Both the position numbers and the translations under genes were made by a program. Positions 1-8,819 of a stretch of DNA of 64,000 bases are shown here, one piece after another. The stretch covers positions 8,502-72,501 of IMG/VR virus record IMGVR_UViG_3300020193_000011; one strand, written 5' to 3'. Source of the DNA: a virus. The notes beneath the pieces are model-generated. The model saw only the letters and a program-made list of their open reading frames with translations. It searched no databases and had not been told where the DNA came from. Position 1 is the first letter of the stretch. Each line of letters opens with the position of its first letter.

Positions 1-73
1 TATAAATTTTTTTGAATTAACTTTTCCAAGTATAAAAGCAATTGTAAAAAGGGACCCTAAAATTAACTTAGTT

Positions 74-313
74 CTATTGCTCATAATAACCATCATCGTT
101 TGTTGGTACCGTGTATAAATTTGCAATAGCTTTATTAACTGAATTAATGATTTTTGTAAACAAAACTTTATCCTCATTTGAAACGTGACCTCGTAAAAAA
201 TGTGTATATGTTTTTTGAATATGCAAAAATATACTTAAATCTTCAACAATAAAAGATTGATTATTTTCTAATTTAATATTAACTTTCTTTTTGGGGTGTG
301 TTTTTTTACTCAT
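74..313 (-). CDS. hypothetical protein (79 aa)
   Basis: ORF overlapping the end of the upstream gene and co-oriented with the operon; no recognisable motif. Confidence 0.6.
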   Translation of the reverse strand: MSKKTHPKKKVNIKLENNQSFIVEDLSIFLHIQKTYTHFLRGHVSNEDKVLFTKIINSVNKAIANLYTVPTNDDGYYEQ

Positions 314-539
314 TGGCTTTCTTTTCTTTTATTTCCGCTTTTAACACCTCTTCTTGAGGCATTTGATAAACGGATATTTCTTCTTTGTCGGGCTCATAGG
401 TAACAAACAGGATTCTTTTGTCCTCGAGTTTGCAGCCTTCTGGTGGGGCGGATTCCAAAGCGATTTTTTTTGACGCCGATCCATAAACTTGACTAGAATT
501 TTTGTATAAAACAATATAATTTAATTTTCCTGCAGCCAT
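306..539 (-). CDS. hypothetical protein (77 aa)
   Basis: ATG overlaps the thyX stop (TAATG coupling). Confidence 0.7.
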   Translation of the reverse strand: MAAGKLNYIVLYKNSSQVYGSASKKIALESAPPEGCKLEDKRILFVTYEPDKEEISVYQMPQEEVLKAEIKEKKANE

Positions 540-1234
540 TATTTCCCCAACAACGCATAAAGACAGACTGGGTACAGGGGTTTTGCCAATTCATAAACCG
601 CTTCTGCGTATTTTTGTATCTCGAATTGAGAATCATCTGACAGTCTTTGATTCAAGAACAGAGACATGGATTGCAAACTGCATGACCATCTATAGGAGAC
701 ATACATTCCATACGCAGGCAGGAACAAACGCGCCTGCTCAGGCGCTATTCCATTATCGATAGCCATATTGTACAACGACTCACATTTTTCAATCAAATCT
801 TTTAGCTCAGTGGTCAAAATAGATCCTACCCAAGGCCCGGCAATACCGGACGAACCTTGTTTTTTGTTTTCGGCAGCTAGTCTCCATTTGTCTGCATCTG
901 GCAAATAAAATTCTGGATCTTGAGTAATATATCTTCTAGAGGACTCGTTCCAAGAATCCATCGTGTGATCTGAGCCAACGACATACTTCCAATGTTGTCG
1001 AGCAACCATGAGCGGCGCATAAAACTCAAATGTAAGAAACGCGTGTCTGAATGGAGACATGTGATTTTCTTGACACAAAAAATTAATCAACCTACCGTCG
1101 TTCTGTGAAAAATTAATTGACTCCTTGGCAAAAGAAGCTCTGGCGGCATTTACGATTGAAAGATCGCTGCCCATGTGATCAATTAGTCTTACGTACCCTT
1201 TATCAAGAACTGTTATTTTGTTTTCTGTTGACAT
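539..1234 (-). CDS. thyX: FAD-dependent thymidylate synthase
   Basis: GYVRLIDHMGSDLSIVNAARAS N-terminus, H-x-SPF, ARQ...NESSRRY signature, APEQARLFLP, SQFEIQKYA. Confidence 0.95.
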   Translation of the reverse strand: MSTENKITVLDKGYVRLIDHMGSDLSIVNAARASFAKESINFSQNDGRLINFLCQENHMSPFRHAFLTFEFYAPLMVARQHWKYVVGSDHTMDSWNESSRRYITQDPEFYLPDADKWRLAAENKKQGSSGIAGPWVGSILTTELKDLIEKCESLYNMAIDNGIAPEQARLFLPAYGMYVSYRWSCSLQSMSLFLNQRLSDDSQFEIQKYAEAVYELAKPLYPVCLYALLGK

Positions 1235-1242
1235 AACAATAA

Positions 1243-1251
1243 ATTATAGCA
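1243..1251 (-). promoter_or_regulatory. extended -10 promoter (TGCTATAAT), probably giving a leaderless thyX mRNA
   Basis: Perfect TGnTATAAT 8 nt upstream of the thyX ATG with no Shine-Dalgarno between them. Confidence 0.6.
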
Positions 1252-1252
1252 T

Positions 1253-3367
1253 TTACTCCTGCGTGATGTTGTTTTTTATGAGTTTAATTTCGCAAGAATC
1301 AGTAGCGCAATATTTTTCCCCTATTGCGTCAATTGCCATTCCGGCATATACTCCCACAAAATCTATTGGAAAAAGAGTTTTTTTAAAACTATCGTATTCT
1401 TCTTCAGTTATTTGGGTGTAGGGCATTTGCGGATATGTGTGGTTTCCGCTTGGAAGAAACGACACAGTCTTTAGCTGACCCTCGTACATGTGCAGCACAT
1501 TACCCACGTATTGAGCTTCTTTCTCTTTGTCAAATGATATCGTAACAGAAACAGAATTATCTGACCAATATCTTTGAGCCATTGCGGCCAAAGACATTTT
1601 TTCAAAAATTGTTACATCACGCTCTGCTCTCCCTGCCTCTGATTTAATTGGAAAATAAACTACAGATGTAGTATTGGGAGATTCAGATGCTGGCTCAACT
1701 GTATAATTTGCCATTTTAAATAACGGCAACATTGGATCATCATTTGAAAATCTAATAGTTCTATTAAAAAATTTTCCACCCGGAGTCCAATGAACGCCAG
1801 GCGACTCACCGGCAAGAATAGAAACAGTGCCTGATGGTTTTATTGTTGTCATTTTAATTGATTCACGAATTCCAAGCCATTCTGAATATACATTATCATA
1901 TCTTTGAATGGTTTTATATCCTTCATCCATCCATTCACGAAGAGCTGGCAGTCCGACACGATCAGCAAAATTTGCCACACCAGACATAGATGTTCCTATT
2001 CTTCTATTTCTTTGCATAATTGCGTTTGTTTCCTCCCAGTGAGTGGGAAGTAGTGTAACTGTTTTGGCGTAGAGATAGGCAAACTTTAGTGTGCGCTTAT
2101 AGTCTTCTAAACTTTCGTGTCTATTTAAGTATGTTTCAACTAGAGTGCAACACTCAAACGACTCTAAAGACTGTTCTGCGCACGGATTATAACCAGCTAC
2201 ACGATGATCTTTATTGTTCGGTGGATCAGCAAGTCGTCCGAATTCACGGCTTATGTCCATCCAAAGAACGCCAGGTTCCCCATTGCGCGCAATGCCTTCG
2301 ACAATTGCACCAAGATCCACGCCCACTCTTGTTTCGACAGAATTATTTGACATCCAACCCCAACCCGGAGCATCTGGGCTGTAAGAATTTCTTTCGGGGA
2401 AAACTTCTATATTCTTAAGGTTTAAAAAATCTTGATCATCAATACGACCAATTAAAAGTTCGGCTGAACGACGCACGTTGCCAGATACTACGCATACTCC
2501 AATAAGATTTCCGATATCAGCTATATCTTTTCTGGTAAGTTTTTGTCCAATTCTGCTATCAAACATTTTTTTGATATGTTTATGAAGTTTTTCTAACGGC
2601 TCATGACCAGCCGCTATGCCGCCAAATGTTTTAATCGGAGCACCTGCTGGTCTGATCAAGGAATAGTCAAAATAGACCCCGTCTTGCCCAGGCTTAAGAT
2701 ATGAGTCTAACAACATCGCCGTAGAAATATACCATCCCTCTCTTGTGTCGGGCACTACGTAGGTAGCAGTATCTGGACTTGTTGAGGATGGGGAATAGAT
2801 TGAAAAATCTTTATCTGCGCCCTTGTCATCAAACCCAACACCAACACCGAGCATGGACGCCTCCATTAAGAACGCAAACGGTTTTGAGGGATTAAGTTTC
2901 GTCATTTCCGATGTAGATACAAACGCGCAATTTTGCAGCGCTGCAGAATTTTTTTGTATGTTAACAATGTTGGTGCCCATAGCCCATAAGCCACGACCTG
3001 GAGGTGTCCACTTTAAATTAAATAAACGATCAAACGCCTCCTTAGCTGAAGCTTGCGCTTTTGCATCGTTCCATGGCAAGCGATTCTTTTTGCAGTGGTC
3101 TTTTTGCAAAGAATACATTCCATTGATTACTCGTTCACAAACATCTGACCAAGACTCTTTGGTGCCATCTTCTTTTAAACGAGAGTATGTACGAAGAAAT
3201 GTAATTTCTCCTACAGAATTTCCCCCTGCGTCTCTGTAGCCAAATGGAGCTAACTTTTGCCTATAAGATGCAACAAACTCGTCTGTTAGCTTAAAAGAAA
3301 ACATAGATGATAATTTACTTGCAATTGGCGCCAAGTCTGGATTACCATTTTCAATTTCTTCTGACAT
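1253..3367 (-). CDS. nrdJ: class II (adenosylcobalamin-dependent) ribonucleotide reductase, monomeric RTPR type
   Basis: RTYSR, PPGRGLW, ALQNC, NVRRSA, NPCAEQ catalytic motif, TIKPSGT, C-terminal CxxDxC; no intein visible. Confidence 0.93.
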   Translation of the reverse strand: MSEEIENGNPDLAPIASKLSSMFSFKLTDEFVASYRQKLAPFGYRDAGGNSVGEITFLRTYSRLKEDGTKESWSDVCERVINGMYSLQKDHCKKNRLPWNDAKAQASAKEAFDRLFNLKWTPPGRGLWAMGTNIVNIQKNSAALQNCAFVSTSEMTKLNPSKPFAFLMEASMLGVGVGFDDKGADKDFSIYSPSSTSPDTATYVVPDTREGWYISTAMLLDSYLKPGQDGVYFDYSLIRPAGAPIKTFGGIAAGHEPLEKLHKHIKKMFDSRIGQKLTRKDIADIGNLIGVCVVSGNVRRSAELLIGRIDDQDFLNLKNIEVFPERNSYSPDAPGWGWMSNNSVETRVGVDLGAIVEGIARNGEPGVLWMDISREFGRLADPPNNKDHRVAGYNPCAEQSLESFECCTLVETYLNRHESLEDYKRTLKFAYLYAKTVTLLPTHWEETNAIMQRNRRIGTSMSGVANFADRVGLPALREWMDEGYKTIQRYDNVYSEWLGIRESIKMTTIKPSGTVSILAGESPGVHWTPGGKFFNRTIRFSNDDPMLPLFKMANYTVEPASESPNTTSVVYFPIKSEAGRAERDVTIFEKMSLAAMAQRYWSDNSVSVTISFDKEKEAQYVGNVLHMYEGQLKTVSFLPSGNHTYPQMPYTQITEEEYDSFKKTLFPIDFVGVYAGMAIDAIGEKYCATDSCEIKLIKNNITQE

Positions 3368-3380
3368 TTATTTCTCCCAC

Positions 3381-4073
3381 TTATCTAATTAATTTAATAT
3401 AGTTTGAATTTGTTTTTTGTATTTCTGCTTTTTTAATTTTAACAATTTGATCTGTAGAATAAATTTTATGAATCTGTTTTTCTATAAAATATCCACTTCT
3501 CCAGTTAAGAACTTTTTCTACATTCTGACTATAATTAGTAAAGATATTACAAATAACCGCACCGCCATAAATTTTGATTAAATTGCTCATTTTTAATACC
3601 GCTTCTTCTTTTTTGTCATGGTTAGAAAAAGATTCTTTATCTAATTTTTCATACAACCAATTAAAAGCTTGTCTAGTAAGAGGCGGTATATCTATGTGAT
3701 CAAAAATGCCTTCTTGAAGTATCAAAATTCTATTTTTTTCTATTCGTATATCTTCTTTAACTGTTTCTCTAAATAAAACAAACCAATCTCTTTCATTAAA
3801 CTGTGGCCATCCACTTACCCAAAATAATAAAACATGGTTTTCTGCTGGTATTGGAGATTTATTAACGATCGGCGATAGGCATGCGCATGCTATCGATTTT
3901 TTAATAAACTCTTTTGCTTTATCGTCACCTAATTTTTTCTTTTGTACTGACCAAAGTTGTGCTAACTTTTCTGGCCAATCTGATTCACCCAAATATATTG
4001 TAAGATATTTATTTGCCAACTCAACCGTAAGAATACCACTGCGAACGAATTCCTCCAATGGCTGTGTAGACAT
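3381..4073 (-). CDS. hypothetical protein (~230 aa)
   Basis: Long ORF; AAGGA lies upstream of ATG 4073 (ORF track starts at TTG 4079). Confidence 0.75.
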   Translation of the reverse strand: MSTQPLEEFVRSGILTVELANKYLTIYLGESDWPEKLAQLWSVQKKKLGDDKAKEFIKKSIACACLSPIVNKSPIPAENHVLLFWVSGWPQFNERDWFVLFRETVKEDIRIEKNRILILQEGIFDHIDIPPLTRQAFNWLYEKLDKESFSNHDKKEEAVLKMSNLIKIYGGAVICNIFTNYSQNVEKVLNWRSGYFIEKQIHKIYSTDQIVKIKKAEIQKTNSNYIKLIR

Positions 4074-4119
4074 ATTCAATCCTTATTAATGGTATTAAAA
4101 ATTATATAATTAGTATGAT

Positions 4120-4150
4120 AAAGAAAATTCCCGCCCATTGGGCGGGAATT
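4120..4150 (-). terminator. intrinsic terminator
   Basis: 11-bp perfect stem AATTCCCGCCC/GGGCGGGAATT, followed on the minus strand by TTCTTT; lies at the end of the structural gene block. Confidence 0.75.
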
Positions 4151-4213
4151 AACTTCTTTGCCCTGCTAATTATAGCAGGTGTTTGATTAGATTATTGCGA
4201 TAGAGCAAAAAAA

Positions 4214-4828
4214 TTACAATGCTTTTGTGGCCGTCAGACCTTTGTACTCCAGCACTTTGTTTCTGCCATAAGCGGATTCTGTATTTGGTTGACCGTAGCC
4301 ACTCTTGAATACTTGAGCGCTCGCAACACCGCCAAAATCATCTGGTCTAAACAAACCAAATGAAGCTGCTGAGCCTTGCTCATCTGTTCTTGGCCCGTGG
4401 CCATATCCACTCTTGAATATTTCTGCTGAAGCTACACCATCAAAAAAGTAATTGCTGTATAGCGCATAGGGATTAACCCTATCCTCAACGTGACCGTATC
4501 CAGAAGAAAATGCCTGAGCCCCAGCTAAACCCTTGTACTCTTGTGGCCTAAAGCGTGCACCGTCGTACGTGGCTTTGCCGTCTGGAAAGACCCCAGAAAG
4601 CGGATGCACGTAAAGTGTTGATCCATTGAATATCTGCGAAAGAAACCTGTTGCCAGGATGATCGCCAGTGCCAGAAACGTAATGATTATCCGGAGCACCG
4701 TCCAAAAGACCTTTAGCGAAAAGCGGATAAAATGAGTATTTGCCAGCCGTGCCCTTGAATGTATTGACCATATCATTAGAATTACGGCCCTTTAAAACTG
4801 GTCTACGACCCACGTAAAAGGTAGTCAT
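4214..4828 (-). CDS. Gly/Tyr-rich protein with internal repeats, probably an abundant virion protein
   Basis: Strong SD (AAGGAG); repeats YKGLAGAQAFSSGYG / FDGVASAEIFKSGYG / FGGVASAQVFKSGYG / YKGLTATKAL. Confidence 0.7.
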   Translation of the reverse strand: MTTFYVGRRPVLKGRNSNDMVNTFKGTAGKYSFYPLFAKGLLDGAPDNHYVSGTGDHPGNRFLSQIFNGSTLYVHPLSGVFPDGKATYDGARFRPQEYKGLAGAQAFSSGYGHVEDRVNPYALYSNYFFDGVASAEIFKSGYGHGPRTDEQGSAASFGLFRPDDFGGVASAQVFKSGYGQPNTESAYGRNKVLEYKGLTATKAL

Positions 4829-4856
4829 TTACTTGTCTCCTTATTAAAAAATATGC

Positions 4857-4867
4857 TTATATAGTAA
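4857..4867 (-). promoter_or_regulatory. putative phage late-promoter motif (TACTATAWA)
   Basis: TTACTATATAA; the same motif occurs in the intergenic gaps at 59803-59812 and 63477-63486. Confidence 0.5.
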
Positions 4868-4893
4868 AAACAAATTAGGATTTTCACCCAAAA

Positions 4894-6156
4894 TTATAAA
4901 TTATAATCCATTTCAACAATAATATCCGACAAAACTGGCGGTATTTTATCTTCTAGCATTTTTAAAGTAACCTCTATATAAACGTGGTTACACGTATTCG
5001 GGTTGGTCAAAGAATACCCGCTTACACTCGGGTAAAATACCCTATATTGAAAGATGTCTGAAAGCAATGACTGATTAACGTTGTAAATTTTTGGCGAAAC
5101 GTTTATAACGTTGTTTATAGTGTTCCCCGGCGGAGCGTTAAATTTGACGAAGGTTTTACCGTTAGGCAGGAACTTATCGTATCTAATGTCAAGATCGGAA
5201 AGACCGTACGTATAAACGTAGGAATTGTTTTCCTTAATATAATTTCTTTGTCTTAACAAAATTCTGACCGCGGTTATTGAAGTTTCAGCAAAGTAGAACT
5301 TAAGAGGCCCTGAATTGACAATGGTGTCCGAACCAACAACCGACCAACCACCTGGCGGAACCTTGCCAAGAGCATCGTATTCCCCGTCATACAATCCGTT
5401 GTTCAAACTTTTGTAATCGTCTTTGTCGGTCATGGTTGGATTATTTTTTGTTGTATATTCTATTTTGACTACATCGATACCGTTGGACGGGTAAGGAAAA
5501 ATAGACAGCGAATTTGTCAAAGAACTTCCAATTGAACCTATTGGTATTTTGACATACAAATACATGCTGACACCAAGTGGATTGGGTTCGGTCAAAACAA
5601 CATTTCTTCTCCAAACTTTATCCGATTGATTCAAAAATGCGTTTTCGACAGGAGTGGAGTCTATAAGGGCTCCGGTTCCGTCTCCGCCAGACAAATTGGT
5701 GTCTAATCTGGTCTCAAGAAAATTGGGTATAACCTGACCTTTGATTGAGTTAACAAATTTAATTTTGGAATGAGAAGATCCTGAAGCTACCGGTAAAGTT
5801 AAATGATTACAATAGTCGCTGAACTCTAACGCATTAGATGCAGATATCGCATAGCTCGTCGAAACAAAGGGCGACAGATCTATCTGATTTTTAGAATGGA
5901 TGGATACTTGATTTGTGTTTATACTTTCTATGTTCCTAATTCTATCTTGCAATTCTTGAATAGCGGAAGTCAAAAAAATATTTTCTTTTACTATTCTTTC
6001 AATAATTTCATTAATTTTTTTATCCAAAACGCCATATTTGTTATACAGGTAAACCAAATCTGCGTAGTTTTCTTCTATGCGCTGGTTAAAATCCGTGCTG
6101 GAAAGTGGGCCGTGATACTTAACTGGTTTTTTCTGCGTATAAATATAATCAGACAT
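4894..6156 (-). CDS. putative virion structural protein (420 aa)
   Basis: N-terminal coiled coil, beta-rich body, C-terminal P-x-L ending shared with neighbours; in the baseplate cluster. Confidence 0.6.
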   Translation of the reverse strand: MSDYIYTQKKPVKYHGPLSSTDFNQRIEENYADLVYLYNKYGVLDKKINEIIERIVKENIFLTSAIQELQDRIRNIESINTNQVSIHSKNQIDLSPFVSTSYAISASNALEFSDYCNHLTLPVASGSSHSKIKFVNSIKGQVIPNFLETRLDTNLSGGDGTGALIDSTPVENAFLNQSDKVWRRNVVLTEPNPLGVSMYLYVKIPIGSIGSSLTNSLSIFPYPSNGIDVVKIEYTTKNNPTMTDKDDYKSLNNGLYDGEYDALGKVPPGGWSVVGSDTIVNSGPLKFYFAETSITAVRILLRQRNYIKENNSYVYTYGLSDLDIRYDKFLPNGKTFVKFNAPPGNTINNVINVSPKIYNVNQSLLSDIFQYRVFYPSVSGYSLTNPNTCNHVYIEVTLKMLEDKIPPVLSDIIVEMDYNL

Positions 6157-6164
6157 TTAATCTC

Positions 6165-6602
6165 CTAAGTTTCTTCTCTAATTTTGGCTTCAATTAAATC
6201 AAGCTTTCTTAGCAGGTGTGCAATAGTAGATGAATTAAATTGAGGTTTATTAAATTGTAATATATCGTTTAAATACGGGGTGCTGGCTTCAACGTTATAT
6301 TCTTCTTCTTCTCTATCGTATGAAACGATTTGAGAATATATGGTCATTAACAGGTCTTGGTTTACATAGTAGTCTGGAGTGGCCGAATTTAGATTATTCC
6401 TTGACATTTCTCCAACATTATCAATCAAGGATTGAAGGTCTTTTATCTTTTTATGAAGTCTATGAATATCCATGAGGATCTGATCATTGGCTAAATTTAA
6501 AACAAAAGAGGGCACTGGCCCCTTATAAATTAGTCGTTGTCTATTTAATAAGGGTTCAAAAATTGTTTCTCTTTTGTTTTTACCGGAATAAGAAATGGTC
6601 AT
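6165..6602 (-). CDS. putative virion protein (145 aa)
   Basis: YKGP-x-x-S start resembles the 420-aa neighbour (YHGPLSS); contains SATPDYY and ASTPY motifs. Confidence 0.6.
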   Translation of the reverse strand: MTISYSGKNKRETIFEPLLNRQRLIYKGPVPSFVLNLANDQILMDIHRLHKKIKDLQSLIDNVGEMSRNNLNSATPDYYVNQDLLMTIYSQIVSYDREEEEYNVEASTPYLNDILQFNKPQFNSSTIAHLLRKLDLIEAKIREET

Positions 6603-6609
6603 ACGATAC

Positions 6610-8817
6610 CTAATGATTGAATTTAATTGTATAAGAATTTAAAGCTGGAGCAGAATAGGAGTCTGCACCCCTAAAAAAATCTGCTCTTATTTTAATAAAT
6701 TTAATTTTGTTTTGATTATTTGCATAATAGTATACATTACTTCCGCCTCTTATTTCCTGAGTTCTTCTATACACAATTTCCTTATTGTTTTCATAGTCGA
6801 TAACAGAAAATACATTGTCATAATTTGAATGTTTATTTCTTAAATCTTCTATTTTAACCAAAGACAAATAATTTCTGTATATCGTAGCGTTTGGCACTTG
6901 CGATAGCGCTTGATCTTCCATCAATGCGATTGTGCCGTTAAATGGCGTTCGTACGCCATTTGTATGATTTGTGGATTTGTTAACAACAATAACTATTTTA
7001 TTTTGACCCTTAACAAAATTCCAAGTAAGTGCAGCTGATAAAACGCCGGCGGCCAAAATACCAGAAGTGGAAAGTTCAACGCCGTTCAAATATACGCTAA
7101 CATCCCAATACTGCGCTGAAAGTGATTTTAAGAATTTTTTTGTTAAAGTTAAAGATTCTTCCATGAAAACATTGGTGGTAATATACAGGCTTCCAAACGG
7201 AACATTTTGGGCCGAATAAAATTCTTGTGTTGAATTAGCCGTGACAAACGATGTGGTGATAACAATATCTTTTCTTTCGCCATATAAAGCGCTGTGCCAG
7301 GTGGCTATGTCTAGTGCGGTGCCAGTAACGTGTGATACCTGGAGTTGATCACTTTTTACGCTTTCTAATATATATGGTTCGTAGGGTTCTGAATTTTTTG
7401 GAAACCTACACAATCTATACACATTAAAATTTCTTGACAAAAAATCGTTTTGATAAAAATAATCTTTAATTGGATTATTGTAGACACTCGTTCTAGGAAT
7501 TTGCACGACAGAACTAAAAGTAGATTCGATAGAACTTGTTTCGGTTTTTACCAAATTAGACTTAACCAGTTTGGTTCCCCTGAAATCTACCGTGCTTGGA
7601 TAACTTGCATTTTTTTCCGAAGCGGGGGATATAGAAATCCAATTGAATTGATTAATGTCTGTTCCAAAATTGTTGTCTGCGGCAATGTAGTAGTTGATCG
7701 ATGTTCCGGAAGGAATTTGCTGATCTACATCAAAAACAATTTTGTCTATAGCGAGATTGGGATTTTGATTGTTGGGCAAGCCCAAAGATTTACTTACATA
7801 GATTCCGGAAGAACTGTAATATGGCGCGGTGATAATTAACTCATCAATCCTAAAATCATATACATATATTGCCTGATTGTTTTTTGTTGAAAAGAAATCT
7901 GGTTCAATTTTTGTTAAATAAAGTTCAATCATAGAACTTTTTTTTGTTGTAAAATTAAAAGAAAAATTGTCATAATCGCTTGAACTATCTTTTGTAAAAA
8001 ACAATGATTTATTTTTATCAACTGGATCAATAACCAAAAGACTTGTTTCGACTGGTTTTTTTGAATTAATTTTACCTTCTACAACAGAAATTCCAGGAGT
8101 TTCCGAATTATACAATGTAACAGGAATAGAAATCTTTAATGTGCATACGCCAATCGAGTTAGACTCATATTGCATTGACCATTCGCTGTTATTTAATCCA
8201 TTAAATGCGTTGGAAATATCTATTGATTTTTCAGATATTTTTGTTACGCCATTAAAATAAACATCGGCTGTTGCATTAGAGACCTTGTTGAGAACATTGC
8301 CCACATAATTGAATAGCCCCGAAGTTTCTTTTGGCAGAGTTGCTTTTCTTGCGGAAGTATCCACGACCACCGTTGTATTGTTTAAATCGGTATTATTTGT
8401 ATTGTTAAAAGCTTCTGTAAAAGAAAAATAATACCCACCAGTATTGTTAATACTAAACAAAAAATCATCAACTGTTTTTTCTAATTCAGCTCTTCTGGAT
8501 TTAAGATCTTCTATTTTAAATTTAAATGCAGATATCAAACTATATAGTTCTTCTGTTTCTTCATAATAATTTTCATACAAAACATCTAAATTAAATCCAT
8601 TATGCAAAAAGACTCTATTAAGTTTTTCTATGTCTATTTCTAGGCTTGAATTTAAATCAGAAAATGGCACCGGGATCGGTTGACCGGGTTTGAACCTTGA
8701 AAAGTATCTACCATATATTGAAGAAATTTCCTGCCTGGAAGGCTCACTGCCCAAGGAGTAGTATATCTTGTATATGGTTTCAAGAAATCTTCTTTTTTGT
8801 ATATTTGCTATTGACAT
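6610..8817 (-). CDS. putative virion structural protein (735 aa)
   Basis: Same architecture as neighbours (coiled coil, EAFNNT, ATLPK, YVSK, YYIA, WISISP, APALNSY). Confidence 0.6.
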   Translation of the reverse strand: MSIANIQKRRFLETIYKIYYSLGSEPSRQEISSIYGRYFSRFKPGQPIPVPFSDLNSSLEIDIEKLNRVFLHNGFNLDVLYENYYEETEELYSLISAFKFKIEDLKSRRAELEKTVDDFLFSINNTGGYYFSFTEAFNNTNNTDLNNTTVVVDTSARKATLPKETSGLFNYVGNVLNKVSNATADVYFNGVTKISEKSIDISNAFNGLNNSEWSMQYESNSIGVCTLKISIPVTLYNSETPGISVVEGKINSKKPVETSLLVIDPVDKNKSLFFTKDSSSDYDNFSFNFTTKKSSMIELYLTKIEPDFFSTKNNQAIYVYDFRIDELIITAPYYSSSGIYVSKSLGLPNNQNPNLAIDKIVFDVDQQIPSGTSINYYIAADNNFGTDINQFNWISISPASEKNASYPSTVDFRGTKLVKSNLVKTETSSIESTFSSVVQIPRTSVYNNPIKDYFYQNDFLSRNFNVYRLCRFPKNSEPYEPYILESVKSDQLQVSHVTGTALDIATWHSALYGERKDIVITTSFVTANSTQEFYSAQNVPFGSLYITTNVFMEESLTLTKKFLKSLSAQYWDVSVYLNGVELSTSGILAAGVLSAALTWNFVKGQNKIVIVVNKSTNHTNGVRTPFNGTIALMEDQALSQVPNATIYRNYLSLVKIEDLRNKHSNYDNVFSVIDYENNKEIVYRRTQEIRGGSNVYYYANNQNKIKFIKIRADFFRGADSYSAPALNSYTIKFNH

Positions 8818-8819
8818 AA

